Source of the DNA: Massalongia carnosa
Lineage: Eukaryota
Length of the DNA stretch: 64,000 nucleotides
Direction: 5' to 3'
NCBI GenBank assembly: GCA_965645245.1
Contig: OZ287088.1
Coordinates: 744,001 to 808,000 of the forward strand
Shown here: positions 22,527 through 35,400 of the stretch, piece by piece
Position numbering within the stretch: the stretch's first letter is position 1
How the letters are laid out: the number at the start of each line of letters is the position of its first letter
The notes under the pieces: model-generated
What the model saw: only the letters and a program-made list of their open reading frames with translations
The model's database searches: none
What the model was told of the DNA's origin: nothing
Position numbers and translations under genes: made by a program

Positions 22527-25112
22527 GTAGCTCCCCTCTTCAAGAACGAGCTCCTGCGAGTTGACTAAATTTCTTGGCAACGACAGCGGGGAATTGTACA
22601 TGGGGTGATGTGTGGTCTGGCGGCGGCAGGGTAAGCAGAATGAAAGTCGTCTAAGGCTTGCTGACAATTAGTTAGGAAGTCGAATGGTTCCCAAGTAGGG
22701 GTATGTCCTTCCCAATTGACGAAAATACTGCAACAGAGGCGGCTGATAACGGCGATCGTATTTTGAGTTCAGAATGCTGTTTACATACCATTCCCGTTGC
22801 CCGTCTTCTGCGATAACAGGATCACGCGGTACTGGGTGTTGACCGGGGAAAGGGTCGGCAGGGTCGTGTTGCAAGAGATTGACATGGAAAACAGGATGAA
22901 TCTTGACAGTCCCTGGGAGTTCCAACTGTACGATTAAAGGATTGTTTGGGAAGACACGATTCACCCGATATGGTCCTATATTTCTGTCGTCCAATTTCAC
23001 CGTAGGTCTGGCAGTCTGGATATTCTTTGTGTTTAACCAGACCATATCTCCGACAGAATAACGAGGGCAGGGACGACGATTTGCGTTGGCGTTGGATTCA
23101 TATATGGCTTGGGCAATTAGCATTTCGTCACGCAGGTGAGAATCTAATTTCTGCATCCTGTTAGCGAATTCATTAGCAGCAATCAGATTTGCCCGGGCCT
23201 GGGTCGATATATTTTCCGGTAGAGGTTCTGCAGGTTCAAAGCCCATGCGGGGGTGTTGCCCTGAATTTGCTAAAAATGGCGATGCCAGAGTGCTAGATGA
23301 ATCAGTGTTATTGGCAGCGAATTCAGCGCCAGGAAGAAACTCGACCCAATCATCCTGCATATAATTCACATAAGCCCTAAGGTAATGCTCCATTGACGCA
23401 TTTGCTCTATCCGTTTGACCATCTGTTTCAGGATGATAACTGGTTGATAAACGAGCATCAATCTTTAGTCGTTTGCACAATGTTTGCCAGAAGTCCGATA
23501 CGAATTGGGATCCACGATCAGAAACTAGAACATCTGGCAGGCCATGGTGTTTCCATACATACCAATAGAAAGCTGTTGCGGCTTCTTCGACTTCCATCGT
23601 TATGGTAGGTGCGTAATGCTTTTGTTTGGATAATCGATCAACGAATACAAGAATGTAGCGATAGGTGACTCCCATAAAGGTACTTACGGGGAGAGGACCG
23701 ACATAATCCATGGATACGTCGCGCCAGCGGCGTTCTGGTGGAGGCAACGGTCGCAACCATCCTTGATATCTTTCCCGCGATGGTTTAGACCGTTTACACA
23801 CATGGCAGTTTCGCACGAATTGCTGAATGGTCTTATGCATACTGGGCCACCAATAGGAGCGGCCGATAATCTCGAAGCATTTCGCACGTCCTGGATGGCC
23901 ACCTACCACAATATCGTGGGCTAATTGCAGAATCCTGAGTCTCAATCTGTCTGATTTTGGTACATATCGTCGATTTCGGAAGTAAAGAACACCATCCCTG
24001 TCTTCGCATTCAGCCAACTGAATTCCGCTGTGATATCTGGTTCCGTTTTGCAGCATTACTAGAATTTTCGGGGCAAAGCGATCTCTTTGAATGGCTTGAT
24101 TCCAAAGCTCGTCGGTAGGGATATCCATCGGGTCATTGTCAGAGGCGATCTGATCTGAATCTGGATCGAGTTGAGGTTCGTCGTTATGATTATCATCTTC
24201 GTTGCCTAGATTTTCGGATTCATCGAGTTCGTGTTCCTGTTCTAAAAACGCAGGTGCTAGCCTTATGACTTCTTGTTCTAGGAAAGCGGGTGCTAATCTT
24301 ATAGCAGGGCATAAATTCAGGTCTCGGGCAACTCCTTCATCTATATTATGCGATTTGATGACAGTTTGATGTTGAAATTGTCGGCGTTCGTCTGTTTCAT
24401 CCCCTTCTTTAGGGAGATCTCCTGATCTCCTTGTTAGGGCGTCTGGTTTCCCACCTGCTTTTCCAGGGCGATAAATTATTTTATAATCAAATCGGGATAA
24501 GAATTCGCTCCAGCGGGCTTGACGGCGGCTCAATTGCTTGGAAGACGTGAAATATTCTAGATTTTTGTGATCCGTGATTACATTGATTGGGTGAGCGGAA
24601 CCCTCCAATTCGGGTCTCCATTCTTCGAAAGCCCGAACGATTGCCATTAACTCCTTATCATAGATTTCATAATTACATTCTGCCGGATTGTGTTTCTTGG
24701 AAAAGTAAGCAATAGGTCTTAGAACACTGTTCTTGTCATATTGCGAAAGAATTCCTGCGGATATATAATCAGAGGCGTCTGTCTCCACGATAATTGGCTT
24801 GTCTGGATCGAAGTGCAATAAGACTACGTCTGAGGTGAAGGTTCTCTTCATAGTGTCGAAAGCTTGCTGACATTTATCAGTCCATAAAAATTTCACGTCT
24901 TTTCGTGTGAGGTTGGTTAATGGGCCAGCAATCATGCTAAACCTCAGAATGAATCGTCTGTAAAAGTTCGCAAACCCTAAGAAGCTCTGTACGTCTTTCA
25001 CGTTTTGGGGAGTGGGCCAATTAATAACAGTTTCGACTTTGGCAGGGTCCATTTTTATCCCCTCTGTGGTCACGATTAGACCTAGATATGAAACTTCTTT
25101 CACATGAAATGC

Positions 25113-28100
25113 TGTTGAGCTGAATGTATGATAACAATGAGCTCTATGATGAATTTATATTTACGTCAGAAGAATATCTCTTGATAGTGAAATCGATGAT
25201 TGATTTATTGATGGATTTATGATGAATCCTCTAAGCCTAAATTTACAAGAAGAGAATTTTGTATGAGCTTATCTCGCTTATTACATAATCTCTGCCGTTA
25301 GTCCGACACACCCCCTTGATGAAGGTCTTCTTTCACTTGAATGAGAATAGAATCTTCATCAACTTTTTCCATTTCTAGGCCTAGTAGTCGTAAGAAGTCT
25401 TTGTGACGCTGAGGCGGAAGGGCCTTGGTTAATCCATCAGCTAGAATATTAGTAGTAGAGACCCATTCTATTTTGATTTTCCCAATAGCTATCTCTTGAC
25501 GTAGCCAATGTTTGTGGATATCGACGTGCCTTAATTTGGTAATAAGCCTATTGGTGGTGAGCGCTCGAATGGTCTGCATATTATCGCATTGAATGCTAGC
25601 TATTTGGGTTAGATGAAAGTTAATGGATTGAAAAAATCGAGTCCACCATATCAACTCTTTCCCTGCAGCTGATATAGCTAGCAATTCAGCCTCAGTTGAG
25701 CTAGTGGTCACAGTGCGTTGCTTTGATGCTTTCCAGTCTATCATACCATTGTACAATTTGAAAGCATAGCCTTGAGAGCTATATCGAGTGCTCGTATCGT
25801 CAGCGAATGAAGCATCGCTGCTGGCCAGGAAGATGGTGTGTGAGTTGACTAGCGAGCTGAATACGATGGCTAGGTGTTTAGTGTAGGCTAGATATTTAAT
25901 GGTGCGGTTTGCGCAGTCAATATGAAGCTTTGATGGGTTGGTTAGAAATTCTGACAATTTGGAAGCGGCATGAGCCACATCGGGTCTAGTGATGACTGCG
26001 GCGAAATTCAAAGACCCTACTCGCTGTTGGTATGAATGGATTTCTTGGGGCGTAGCTATAGAAAGGTTTTTAGTAAGCTCTTCTTGGGGCAGTGGTGCAC
26101 TTGTAGCTCTTTTGGTGAAGTCAGTGTTGATGCCAATGTTGAATTTGGCAATTAGCTTTTCAATATAGGAGCTTTGGCATAGCCATAATTTCCTATTTGC
26201 TCTGTCCCGGGTGATATGTATTCCTAAAAACCATTCAAGTGGACCCAAATATCGCATCTCATACCTTTGAAATAGTAGAGTTTGGAATTTATCCACTTGC
26301 CTGGTATATTTATGATCATATAGGATCACAATATCATCAACGAAAAAGAACAGCAAGATGTGGGTATCTTGGCTGATAAAAAGACAGTCCACCCCGGAGA
26401 TTGGTTCAAAACCCATATCAATTAGTGCTTTTGATAAGTTCCGAAACCATAGGGCCGGTGACTGCTTTAGGCCGTACAATGCGCGCAGTAGAAGCAATAG
26501 AAATTTGCCTTTTTCCGAATTTGAACCTGGCCACCCATCAGGTAATTTGCAATAGGTTGGCTCATCTATGGGGCTATTTGCGAAGGCGTTTACTGCATCA
26601 TACTGACGGGTTTCAAGGTCAAATGCCGCTAGTATTGCCATCAGCGCCCTAAAAATTCTTGCTGCAAGTGTAGCCGCAAATGTATCTTGCTCGGTGCGTT
26701 GTAGATCACCTCTAGCGCATAGCCTTGATTTGTATTTGGCTAGATAGCCCTTTTCATCGAATTTGTATTTGAATACCCACATAGTTGGTATGGGAATTTT
26801 TCCGGCTATGACTGCTGATTCGTAACTCACCTCTGTCCATGTCTTCTTGGAAATTAGCGCCTTGATTTCTATCTCCATAGCTAGCTTGAAACCCTCTGCA
26901 TGCGGGTGCTTCAGCATCTGGCGATAGTGTTCTGGCTCGTTGGGTAAGCTATCTCTATGAAAGTGATTGATTTTGGGATGATGTTGATCGCCTTTAAGCT
27001 CTTGATGATTAGAAGCATATGAACTTGCCTTGATATGTGCTGAGAAAGCGGCATGATATGAGTCCAATTCTCCATTAGATGCCTGTGTTAGTGCTGTTGA
27101 GTACGCTTCTTTGCGCTGATTTCGGGTTCGTCGTCTTCCCACCCCCTCAGGTAAGATATTTTGAATATCGAAGTTGGAGTTGACTTCTTTAGGAGCTCTG
27201 TTAGTGATAGTACTACTGCTTGTGGTGGTGGAAATAGAATCAGAATCAGATGGGGCTGGTGTTGGTAAGTAAGATCTCTCTTTCTCCTTTGGTGAAGAGG
27301 AAATTTTGTCAGTACTTCCCCCTTTTATTCCTTCCTCTTCATCCGATTCTATCTCAGTGATTAGTGTTACAGGATCCAAGCTATTTGCCTCGTAAGTCAT
27401 TTCAAGCATTGGCTCTTTGATTGCCTGCAATAAATCGATATCGCGAGCATCATAGCCGGTGCTATCATCAAACATTACATCTCTGGTACGAATCACCTTG
27501 CGCTGGCTAGGAATCCATATGCGAAAGATGTTTCTTGCTTCGTAGCCAATCAAATGGCCTATGTGGGCTCGCTCCTGCATCTTTTCTTTGCGCGGTAGAT
27601 TTTTGTTCAAGGTGTAGGCCTTGCACCCGTACTGATGAAGATGGCTTAGATCGGGTGCATTTCCGATGACTAACTCATATGGAGTTTTCCATTGATGCTT
27701 CTTCATCGGGGTGCGATTAGCGATATAGCCTGCAGTGCGTACGATTTCCGGCCATAAATAGATAGGTAGGCCGGCGTCGATTCTCATGGTCCTTGCTTTC
27801 ATTGCTAGAATTCCACCTTTTCTTTCCGAATGGCCATTTTGCTCTGGCGTATCAGGAGTGGACGATTCGTACGTTATGCCTTTATCAATCAGTAGATCAT
27901 TGAAATCATTTCCCAATGATCTTTCTCCATCCGATCGGAAAAACACTACTTTAGCATTGAAGCGGGTCTCAATAAGATTGATTGCTTCGCGCACTATCCG
28001 TGATGCCTCACCTTTGCGACCGTGGGTAAATACCATATTAAAATCTGTTGCATGGCATGCGAAGTGCGATACCCATTCATCTTTATTCATCGCTGGGTTT

Positions 28101-30242
28101 AGCTGCATGAGATCATATGTGATGCGATAAAATGGTGCATTAGATGACTCCGCATTGTCTGAGGATCTAGAGACTAGGCGATGGGCTTTTGACAGCGCGC
28201 ATGGCTCACACTCGTTGGTTTTGGGCACCTTACCTTCATTATCTTGATTGGATATTTTTACTCCCCTAGTTGATGATTCAAGATGTTGAATGACTTCAAT
28301 CGATGCGTGTGCTAGCATTTGATGCCATTCGTAGGCCGTTGCAACTTTGGAAGCTGTTGCTTTGAAAGCTGTTGCAACTTTATTGTTAGCTACTTCAGTC
28401 TTTTGAGCTGGAAAAGCGTATACTTGATTGTCTGAGGTGTTGTCTTCTAGCAGGTAGTGCTCGTTATATCGCTTTACATTTGCCACCGTCATTCCTTCCC
28501 TATGCAGGTGAAGTTTCCAGTTATCAAAGTAAAGCCCTTTAACATAGAGCAAGTCCTGAGAGACTAGATTGGTCATGAAGTTGGACACATATGCTACATT
28601 AAGTAGTGTCATGCTTTGCGGTCCGGTAGGGGTTGGTACAGTGATTTTTATTGTGCCATAGCTCTCTATTGCGAGGCGTTGGGTGCCCGCAATAAGATAT
28701 TCCCCTACTGCTTTCTTTTGGAGTGTGTATCTGGATTTCATGGTGCTATTGCAAACGTGGCTATTTGATCCGTTATCCAATATCCATGAATCTCTGATAG
28801 TGTAGCTATCTGCTGAGAATGATGAGGAGGTTTTTATTGATGTAAACGCTCCTATCTCCTTTTCCTGATTAGCGTTGGTGGTGGTCTTACTCTTTATTGA
28901 ATATGATTTTGATCGTTGAAGGGATTTTTCTACCCTTGCTTTCACTTGTTGGTTTTTCATTGCCTCTTCCACGATAGCCTCTGTTTGAGCCTTTGGGGTC
29001 CAATTGACAGGTCTTTTCTCTGGCACCAGATAGTAGCAGTCGCTATACCAATGTACAGAACCACATAGACACTTATTGGGTGATTTCTGCCCATTAAATG
29101 TTGCGCCAGATGCATCAGATTGTCCTTCCTTCCCCTTTTTCTCAGCCACAAATGCAGAATGGGTGTTGTTGTCCTTTGCTTTTTGCGACTGATGCAGGCG
29201 GATAAGACGGCGAAATTTTTCGATCAACAGATCAAGGTCCTGAGGCTTATCATCCTCTAAATCCATGAGATAATTATCAGCGAAGATTGGTTCTTTTGAA
29301 TGAATCGCCATAAGAAAATCTCTGAGCGGCCGATTCCCGATTGCTTCACCGATTTTATATGTTATAGCCTCGCTACAGACCAATTGCCATTCTTCCAACC
29401 ATGCTTCAATATCCTGCTTTCCAGGCCCCTTGCATAGCTTATGATACTTTGTTTCAATATCTAGCGCACGAGCCGAATCGCTGGGTGCAAGTCTTCGTTT
29501 TAGTGCTATGAGATGGTCCCATGGATGCGATTCCACTTTTTGAATGTAGGTGGCATTCGCTATCGAGAGAGTTTCTTGAATATAGGTTAACAAGTCGATG
29601 AAGGCCTTTTGTTGCCGTTCATAATTGACCAATAGTCCTTTGTATTCCTGAACATGAGCCCTATGTAGCTCATACCCCTCCTTGTCAAAGTGTGCGGTCT
29701 CTGTTGGGAGAGTATATGTGGGTTCAACTGGTTTTAGAATGTGAATTGGCTTGATAGGCTTTTCTGGGTTGACTAACTCCCATATTCCATTGGTGATGGC
29801 CCGATTCCGCACGAAAGAGTACCAGGTATCCCAATCCGCTGGTTTGGCTAGGATAATCTTTCTTGTGGTAGTAGGGTTCATCTTGACGGCTTGATTTGTT
29901 GATTCAATTGAATTGAATTTGATTGGCTTGCGAGCTTAAGAAGTCTAATGCAAATTGAATGTGCGATTAGCAAATTTTCCTCGGTTTACCTTTGTAGGAG
30001 AAAATTCTTATTCATATGACGATGGAATTGCTTCCGGGCTCATAACTGTTGAGCTGAATGTATGATAACAATGAGCTCTATGATGAATTTATATTTACGT
30101 CAGAAGAATATCTCTTGATAGTGAAATCGATGATTGATTTATTGATGGATTTATGATGAATCCTCTAAGCCTAAATTTACAAGAAGAGAATTTTGTATGA
30201 GCTTATCTCGCTTATTACATAATCTCTGCCGTTAGTCCGACA
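25113..30242 (-). mobile_element. Ty1/Copia element 1, full-length, apparently intact
   Basis: 196-bp LTRs at 25113-25308 and 30047-30242 look identical. TSD AATGC, PBS 30034-30046, PPT 25309-25318. Confidence 0.97.
25298..29881 (-). CDS. Copia-1 gag-pol polyprotein (1527 aa)
   Basis: Uninterrupted ORF: CLCGSVHWYSDC, WILDNGS protease, WH..LAH..CEPC, integrase core, RT FFVDD, RNase H SDASFAD. Confidence 0.95.
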   Translation of the reverse strand: MNPTTTRKIILAKPADWDTWYSFVRNRAITNGIWELVNPEKPIKPIHILKPVEPTYTLPTETAHFDKEGYELHRAHVQEYKGLLVNYERQQKAFIDLLTYIQETLSIANATYIQKVESHPWDHLIALKRRLAPSDSARALDIETKYHKLCKGPGKQDIEAWLEEWQLVCSEAITYKIGEAIGNRPLRDFLMAIHSKEPIFADNYLMDLEDDKPQDLDLLIEKFRRLIRLHQSQKAKDNNTHSAFVAEKKGKEGQSDASGATFNGQKSPNKCLCGSVHWYSDCYYLVPEKRPVNWTPKAQTEAIVEEAMKNQQVKARVEKSLQRSKSYSIKSKTTTNANQEKEIGAFTSIKTSSSFSADSYTIRDSWILDNGSNSHVCNSTMKSRYTLQKKAVGEYLIAGTQRLAIESYGTIKITVPTPTGPQSMTLLNVAYVSNFMTNLVSQDLLYVKGLYFDNWKLHLHREGMTVANVKRYNEHYLLEDNTSDNQVYAFPAQKTEVANNKVATAFKATASKVATAYEWHQMLAHASIEVIQHLESSTRGVKISNQDNEGKVPKTNECEPCALSKAHRLVSRSSDNAESSNAPFYRITYDLMQLNPAMNKDEWVSHFACHATDFNMVFTHGRKGEASRIVREAINLIETRFNAKVVFFRSDGERSLGNDFNDLLIDKGITYESSTPDTPEQNGHSERKGGILAMKARTMRIDAGLPIYLWPEIVRTAGYIANRTPMKKHQWKTPYELVIGNAPDLSHLHQYGCKAYTLNKNLPRKEKMQERAHIGHLIGYEARNIFRIWIPSQRKVIRTRDVMFDDSTGYDARDIDLLQAIKEPMLEMTYEANSLDPVTLITEIESDEEEGIKGGSTDKISSSPKEKERSYLPTPAPSDSDSISTTTSSSTITNRAPKEVNSNFDIQNILPEGVGRRRTRNQRKEAYSTALTQASNGELDSYHAAFSAHIKASSYASNHQELKGDQHHPKINHFHRDSLPNEPEHYRQMLKHPHAEGFKLAMEIEIKALISKKTWTEVSYESAVIAGKIPIPTMWVFKYKFDEKGYLAKYKSRLCARGDLQRTEQDTFAATLAARIFRALMAILAAFDLETRQYDAVNAFANSPIDEPTYCKLPDGWPGSNSEKGKFLLLLLRALYGLKQSPALWFRNLSKALIDMGFEPISGVDCLFISQDTHILLFFFVDDIVILYDHKYTRQVDKFQTLLFQRYEMRYLGPLEWFLGIHITRDRANRKLWLCQSSYIEKLIAKFNIGINTDFTKRATSAPLPQEELTKNLSIATPQEIHSYQQRVGSLNFAAVITRPDVAHAASKLSEFLTNPSKLHIDCANRTIKYLAYTKHLAIVFSSLVNSHTIFLASSDASFADDTSTRYSSQGYAFKLYNGMIDWKASKQRTVTTSSTEAELLAISAAGKELIWWTRFFQSINFHLTQIASIQCDNMQTIRALTTNRLITKLRHVDIHKHWLRQEIAIGKIKIEWVSTTNILADGLTKALPPQRHKDFLRLLGLEMEKVDEDSILIQVKEDLHQGGVSD

Positions 30243-31273
30243 AATGCGCATTTAGTGATGTCTGCTTGAAGGCCTGCCTCACGCAGTTTGATCAGAATTC
30301 TTTTAACGTGAATCTCGTGCTCTGATTCAACGTCACTGTATATCAGAATGTCATCCAAATATGCGGTGCAAAAGTCGTCCAGATACTCTCGCAGAGTATC
30401 GTTGATAAAGTGCTGAAAAGAGGCGGGTCCATTACACAACCCGAAAGGCATTACCAGGTACTCAAATAGACCAAATCTTGTGCGGAATGCGGTGAGTTCT
30501 TCGGCGCCTTCCTTTATGCGTAGGCGATTAAAGGCTGCTATTATATCTAATTTAGTAAATATTTTAGCTCTGGACAAGCGATTCAAGGTCTCGGCTATCA
30601 ATGGCAACGGATATCTATTCTTGATAGTGACGGCATTCAGGCCTCTGTAATCAACACAGAAGCGAAGGCCCCCTCCGGGCTTTTCCACGAACATGACAGG
30701 AGACGCCGCATGCGAACGGCTGGCACGAATGAACCCCTTGGCCAAATTATCGTCTAATGTCATGAAATAAAGTTTGAGTTAAAACCTAATGATTACCGAA
30801 CCGTCAAGCGGCGATCGAGGTAAAAGCCACCTGAAAGCCTATTCAGATTCATCCTCGGTATGAGTCTGAATATACCCCTTACTCCACTCCACCAATCTCC
30901 TCACTCCACTATACCCTCTTATCGCTAGAACGATCACATCCACGGGCCCACTTATCGCTCCACCTTATCGCCGCCACCATCACCAAAATCTCTCATCTAG
31001 GGTGAAGGTAAAACATGAGAAAGAAGGGGCTGGCTCAGGTATAAAAAGAGGACATATCCTGTAGATAGTTGACTCCTCGTCCGACGTCTTGTATAGCAAA
31101 CCATCCCCTAGCTATAGCTTCATTAATAAAGACATCTTGATCACCCAATCCCAGTCTTAGGAACATTAGTTCAATCCCTAACCCAGTCCTTGACATTAGG
31201 TCGGACCTGATCATTATAAGTGCCCTCCAGAGCATTTTTCTCCCATCTATCCCCTTTACCATAATCCATCGTC

Positions 31274-32431
31274 ATGACTGATCAAATGGATACCGAATCG
31301 ACTCAAACCGCCGCAGAATATCTTCAAGGACATATCAACGAAAACCCTCAAGGACTCGTTGATAGCATCGCTCGCATGCAGGCCGAGAATGCGGAACTTC
31401 ATCGACGAATCGATGCTTTGTAGACTCAGGCTCCTGTCCCCGCTCCCGTCCCCGCTCCTGCTATCAATCCCACCTTGGACTCTCAGCTGGCTGAGGTGAT
31501 GAAGATCCTCTTAGCCAAAAAACCCGTCGATATCCGTTCCGAGAAGCTCCCTGACATCTCCGAATACGATGGTGAGGAAGCCAAATTGGACTCCTGGGAG
31601 CAAAGCCTGATCCAACGAATGCATGTTAATCATGATAGTTATCCAACCGACGTCGCCAAGATCGCCTATGCGGAGAACCGACTCACCATTGGGAAAAGAG
31701 CTCATAACCTCATGAACGCCTATCGATTAGACGGCATCTGCACGCTAAAGACCTTCTTCGAATGGCGTACCGCTCTTCGTAAGGCTTGCGGTAACCCCTT
31801 CGAGCAGGAAGATGCTCGCAAGTATCTTCGCGAGACCCTTAAACGGGGTACTCTGAGTTTCGAAGAGTACTATAACCTCTTCGCCCAGAAAAAGGATCGC
31901 TCCAAAATGGAGGATGCTTCTCTAATTGATGCCATGAAGTCCAACATCAATTATGCCATTCAAGCCGCCGCCGTCCACTATCGAGTCCCCGGAACCAACC
32001 TGGAACCAGTCACCTTCGATCAACATGTCGCAATGTGGTTGAATACCGATCGGAAAATTCGCCAGATCAAACACCTGGCTCCCAACAACAGGACTACCCC
32101 GACATCCACAACCACCTCGTCTCAGCGAAAGGATAAAGCGACCATCACTCTCGCCGCACCCCTTGCTCGCACACCGGATATCCCTTCCGCACCAGTCCCA
32201 ATTCCTTCTATCGGAGATCCCATGGACCTGAGCCAGGCTATGGCAGCCGTCAAAGGTAAATCGCTGAAAACGGAAGGGGTGAGGGATATCTGTGATAAAT
32301 GGAATCTCTGCCATTATTGCAAGCAAAAACACCCGGGGAAGACAGCCATCGACTGTCCTAATAAAAAAACCAGTCTTCGCTCATCAGATACGACCTTCAT
32401 TTCCGAGCTCGAAGACTCGAAAAAAGCCTAG
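31274..32431 (+). pseudogene. Gypsy B gag, one premature stop (~31421)
   Basis: ATG 31274 is in frame with ORF 31475-32431. DPMDL and CHYCKQKH..C motifs. Confidence 0.85.
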
Positions 32432-35400
32432 GTCCTGCGCATCGTCGCGCGCAGGAACCATTTCTCATTTCTTCTTGTCTGCTAGCCAATTCTTTTTCTC
32501 CCCCCCTCCGATCAAACACTCGCTTTTCTGCAGCAACCGCTTTGGAGCAATTTGAGTCTGAAGAGGCGTTTAGAGATAGCCACTTAGTGGTTTCATGTAC
32601 TTTACGTCTCGGTAGATCTCGAATTCAAACTCTTAGTTTGATTGACTGTGGTGCATCCGGCTATGCATTCATTGACAAGAAATTCGCGCAAACTAATCAA
32701 ATCCCTCTTCATCCTCTGAAATACGCTCGACGCCTCGAAGGTTTTGACGGTCAACCGACCCTGACTGGAAACATCACTCATGCGGCCGAAGTAATCATGG
32801 ATCTAAACGGACACACGGAAAAAATGTTTCTCTTCGTAACTGGATTGAAAACATACCCCATTGTTCTCGGACACCCGTGGCTGCGTCGGCATCAAGCCCA
32901 TATCGATTTCAACACCAACTCTCTATCATTGGCGTCTCCTTTCTGCCTCGCTCACTGCTGTCCTCGTCCGGTCAAAGTACAAGCTCGTACTGAGGAAGAA
33001 TTTCTTTCGCCTGCTGAAAGTCAGGAGGTGTGGAAATCCGAGGACATAAATCCAGCCTCAATTGAAGCCTCAATTGAAACCTCAACAATCACAATCACGC
33101 CCGAAAACGTCGGCCAGGAGACCTCCGTGAAGGAGGAGATGAAAGACGTCAGTCGCATTGAAGCAGCGATTGAACAAGGCAACCCACCAAAAATTCGATA
33201 CCGAAGCCCCTCCTCCAAACGAACTTCGGTAGAAAGACGCGCCGCTCAGCAAAAAATCAAACCCTCAGTCATGGACATCTGCGAGATAAGCGCCATGAAC
33301 TTCAATTGTCTCGGACGCAAAGAAAACCACGAGATGTTTAGCCTCTCCTTGAAAGAAATCGATCGCTTCCTCGGAGAGACCCCAACCGAACCCAAAACCG
33401 AAATCCAATCCGCAACCGAATTCAGTCGCCATAGCAGTCTGAATAAACCGAAACCAACCTATCAACCCAACCCGCGTCACAGTCCTAGTGAAAAGGAACT
33501 TCATCTAGCCCTGTTTCGCATGAACCAAGCCCTGACACTGCAGACATCAGTGACCGCCCAAGAATTAGACGAATATCGCAAGCAGAAAAACGTCGATCCA
33601 GCCCTCCTCCTTCCCAAGCAATACCACGACCTATTGCACGCCTTTTCCAAAAAAGACTCTGACGTCTTAGCCGATCATCGACCCTATGACCATGCCATCA
33701 AGCTAAAAGAAGGCTTTCAGGCACCCAATCAAGCTCTTTACGGCATGAGCCGTGATGAGATTCAAGAACTTCGTCGCTATCTGGATGAGAACCTGGCTAA
33801 AGGTTTCATTCGAGCGAGCAAATCGCCCGCCGCGTCCCCGGTTATGTTCGTAAAAAAGCCGGGAGGAGGACTTCGCTTTTGCGTGGACTATCGAGGTCTC
33901 AATGCAGTCACCGTAAAAAATCGATATCCACTTCCCCTGATTGCTGAAACCCTGCATCGATTAGCCAGGGCCAAGATATTCACCAAGCTAGATATCATTG
34001 CAGCCTTTAATCGCCTTCGAATCAAAGAGGGGGATGAGGAACTCACCGCCTTTCGAACTCGTTTCGGCCTATTCGAATCCCTGGTCTTGCCTTTCGGTCT
34101 GTGCAACGGACCCGCCTCTTTTCAACATTTCATCAACGACATTCTTCGAGAATTTCTTGACGATTTCTGTACAGCCTATCTCGATGATATCCTTATCTAT
34201 AGTGAAATCGAAGGCGAACACGAGATCCATGTCAGAAGAGTTCTCAACAAATTGATAGAAAACGGGCTACAATGCGACATCACCAAATCCAAATTTCATG
34301 TTAAAGAGGTTGCATATCTAGGATTAATCGTAACCACCGAGGGTATCAGAATGGATCCTGCCAAAGTCGAAACCGTAACCAACTGGCCAACCCCGATCAA
34401 CATGAAGGATGTTCAAAGCTTTTTGGGATTCGCTAACTTCTATAGAAGATTCATCTATGGCTTCAGTAATATAGCCGGTCCACTAACGAATCTAACCAAG
34501 AAGGAAGTCGAGTTCAACTGGACTGATCAATGTCAGCAAGCTTTCAATACTCTCAAAAAGGCTTTTACCTCCGAAAAAGTGCTTCTGCATTTCAACCCTG
34601 ACAAACCCATCATCGTCGAAACTGACGCTTCCGATTATGTCTCCGCTGGTATTCTCTCGCAATATGATGATGAAAACGTGCTGTGCCCCATCGCCTACTT
34701 CTCCAAAAAACACAATCCGGCCGAATGCAACTACGAGATCTACGACAAAGAGTTAATGGCCATCGTCCGTTGCTTTGAAGAATGGAGACCCGAGTTGGAA
34801 GGCTCTGCTTTTCCCATTAGCGTAATTTCAGACCATAAAAACTTGGAATACTTCGCTTCCACCAAGCAGCTCAGTCGCAGACAGGCCCGTTGGTCTGAAT
34901 TCTTGTCTCGTTTTGACTTTAAAATAGTCTATCGACCCGGAAAAGCTGGAGGAAAGCCAGATGCATTAAATCGTCGATCAGGAGATCTCCCTAAAGAGGC
35001 AGATGAAACCGACGAAAGACAAAAATACCAGCATCAAACCATACTGAAAACTCACAACCTAGATGATAAAGTTGCAGCAAGCTTCCTCTCCACCATAATG
35101 CTAGCCCCTACGTTCATCGAACCCGACCGAGCTGACGAACCCCAGTTGGATCAACCTACCGATCAAGTCGATTCCGATCAAGACCCTCTAGATGTCCCCA
35201 CTCAACTGTTATGGGAACAGGCTCAACTTTGAGATCAATTCGCATCAAAAATCCTAGACGCACTCCATGACAACGTCCGTCATCATCCTAAAATTCAGCT
35301 AGCCGAGTGTGAGAATAGAGATGGAGTTCTTTATTTTCGCGATCGCAAGTACGTACCCAAGTCAGATCGCCTGAGACTTCGTCTCATCCAGCATACCCAC

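Noticed and set aside
30034..30046. tRNA-Met-like sequence
   Set aside because: It is a 13-nt primer-binding site, not a tRNA gene.
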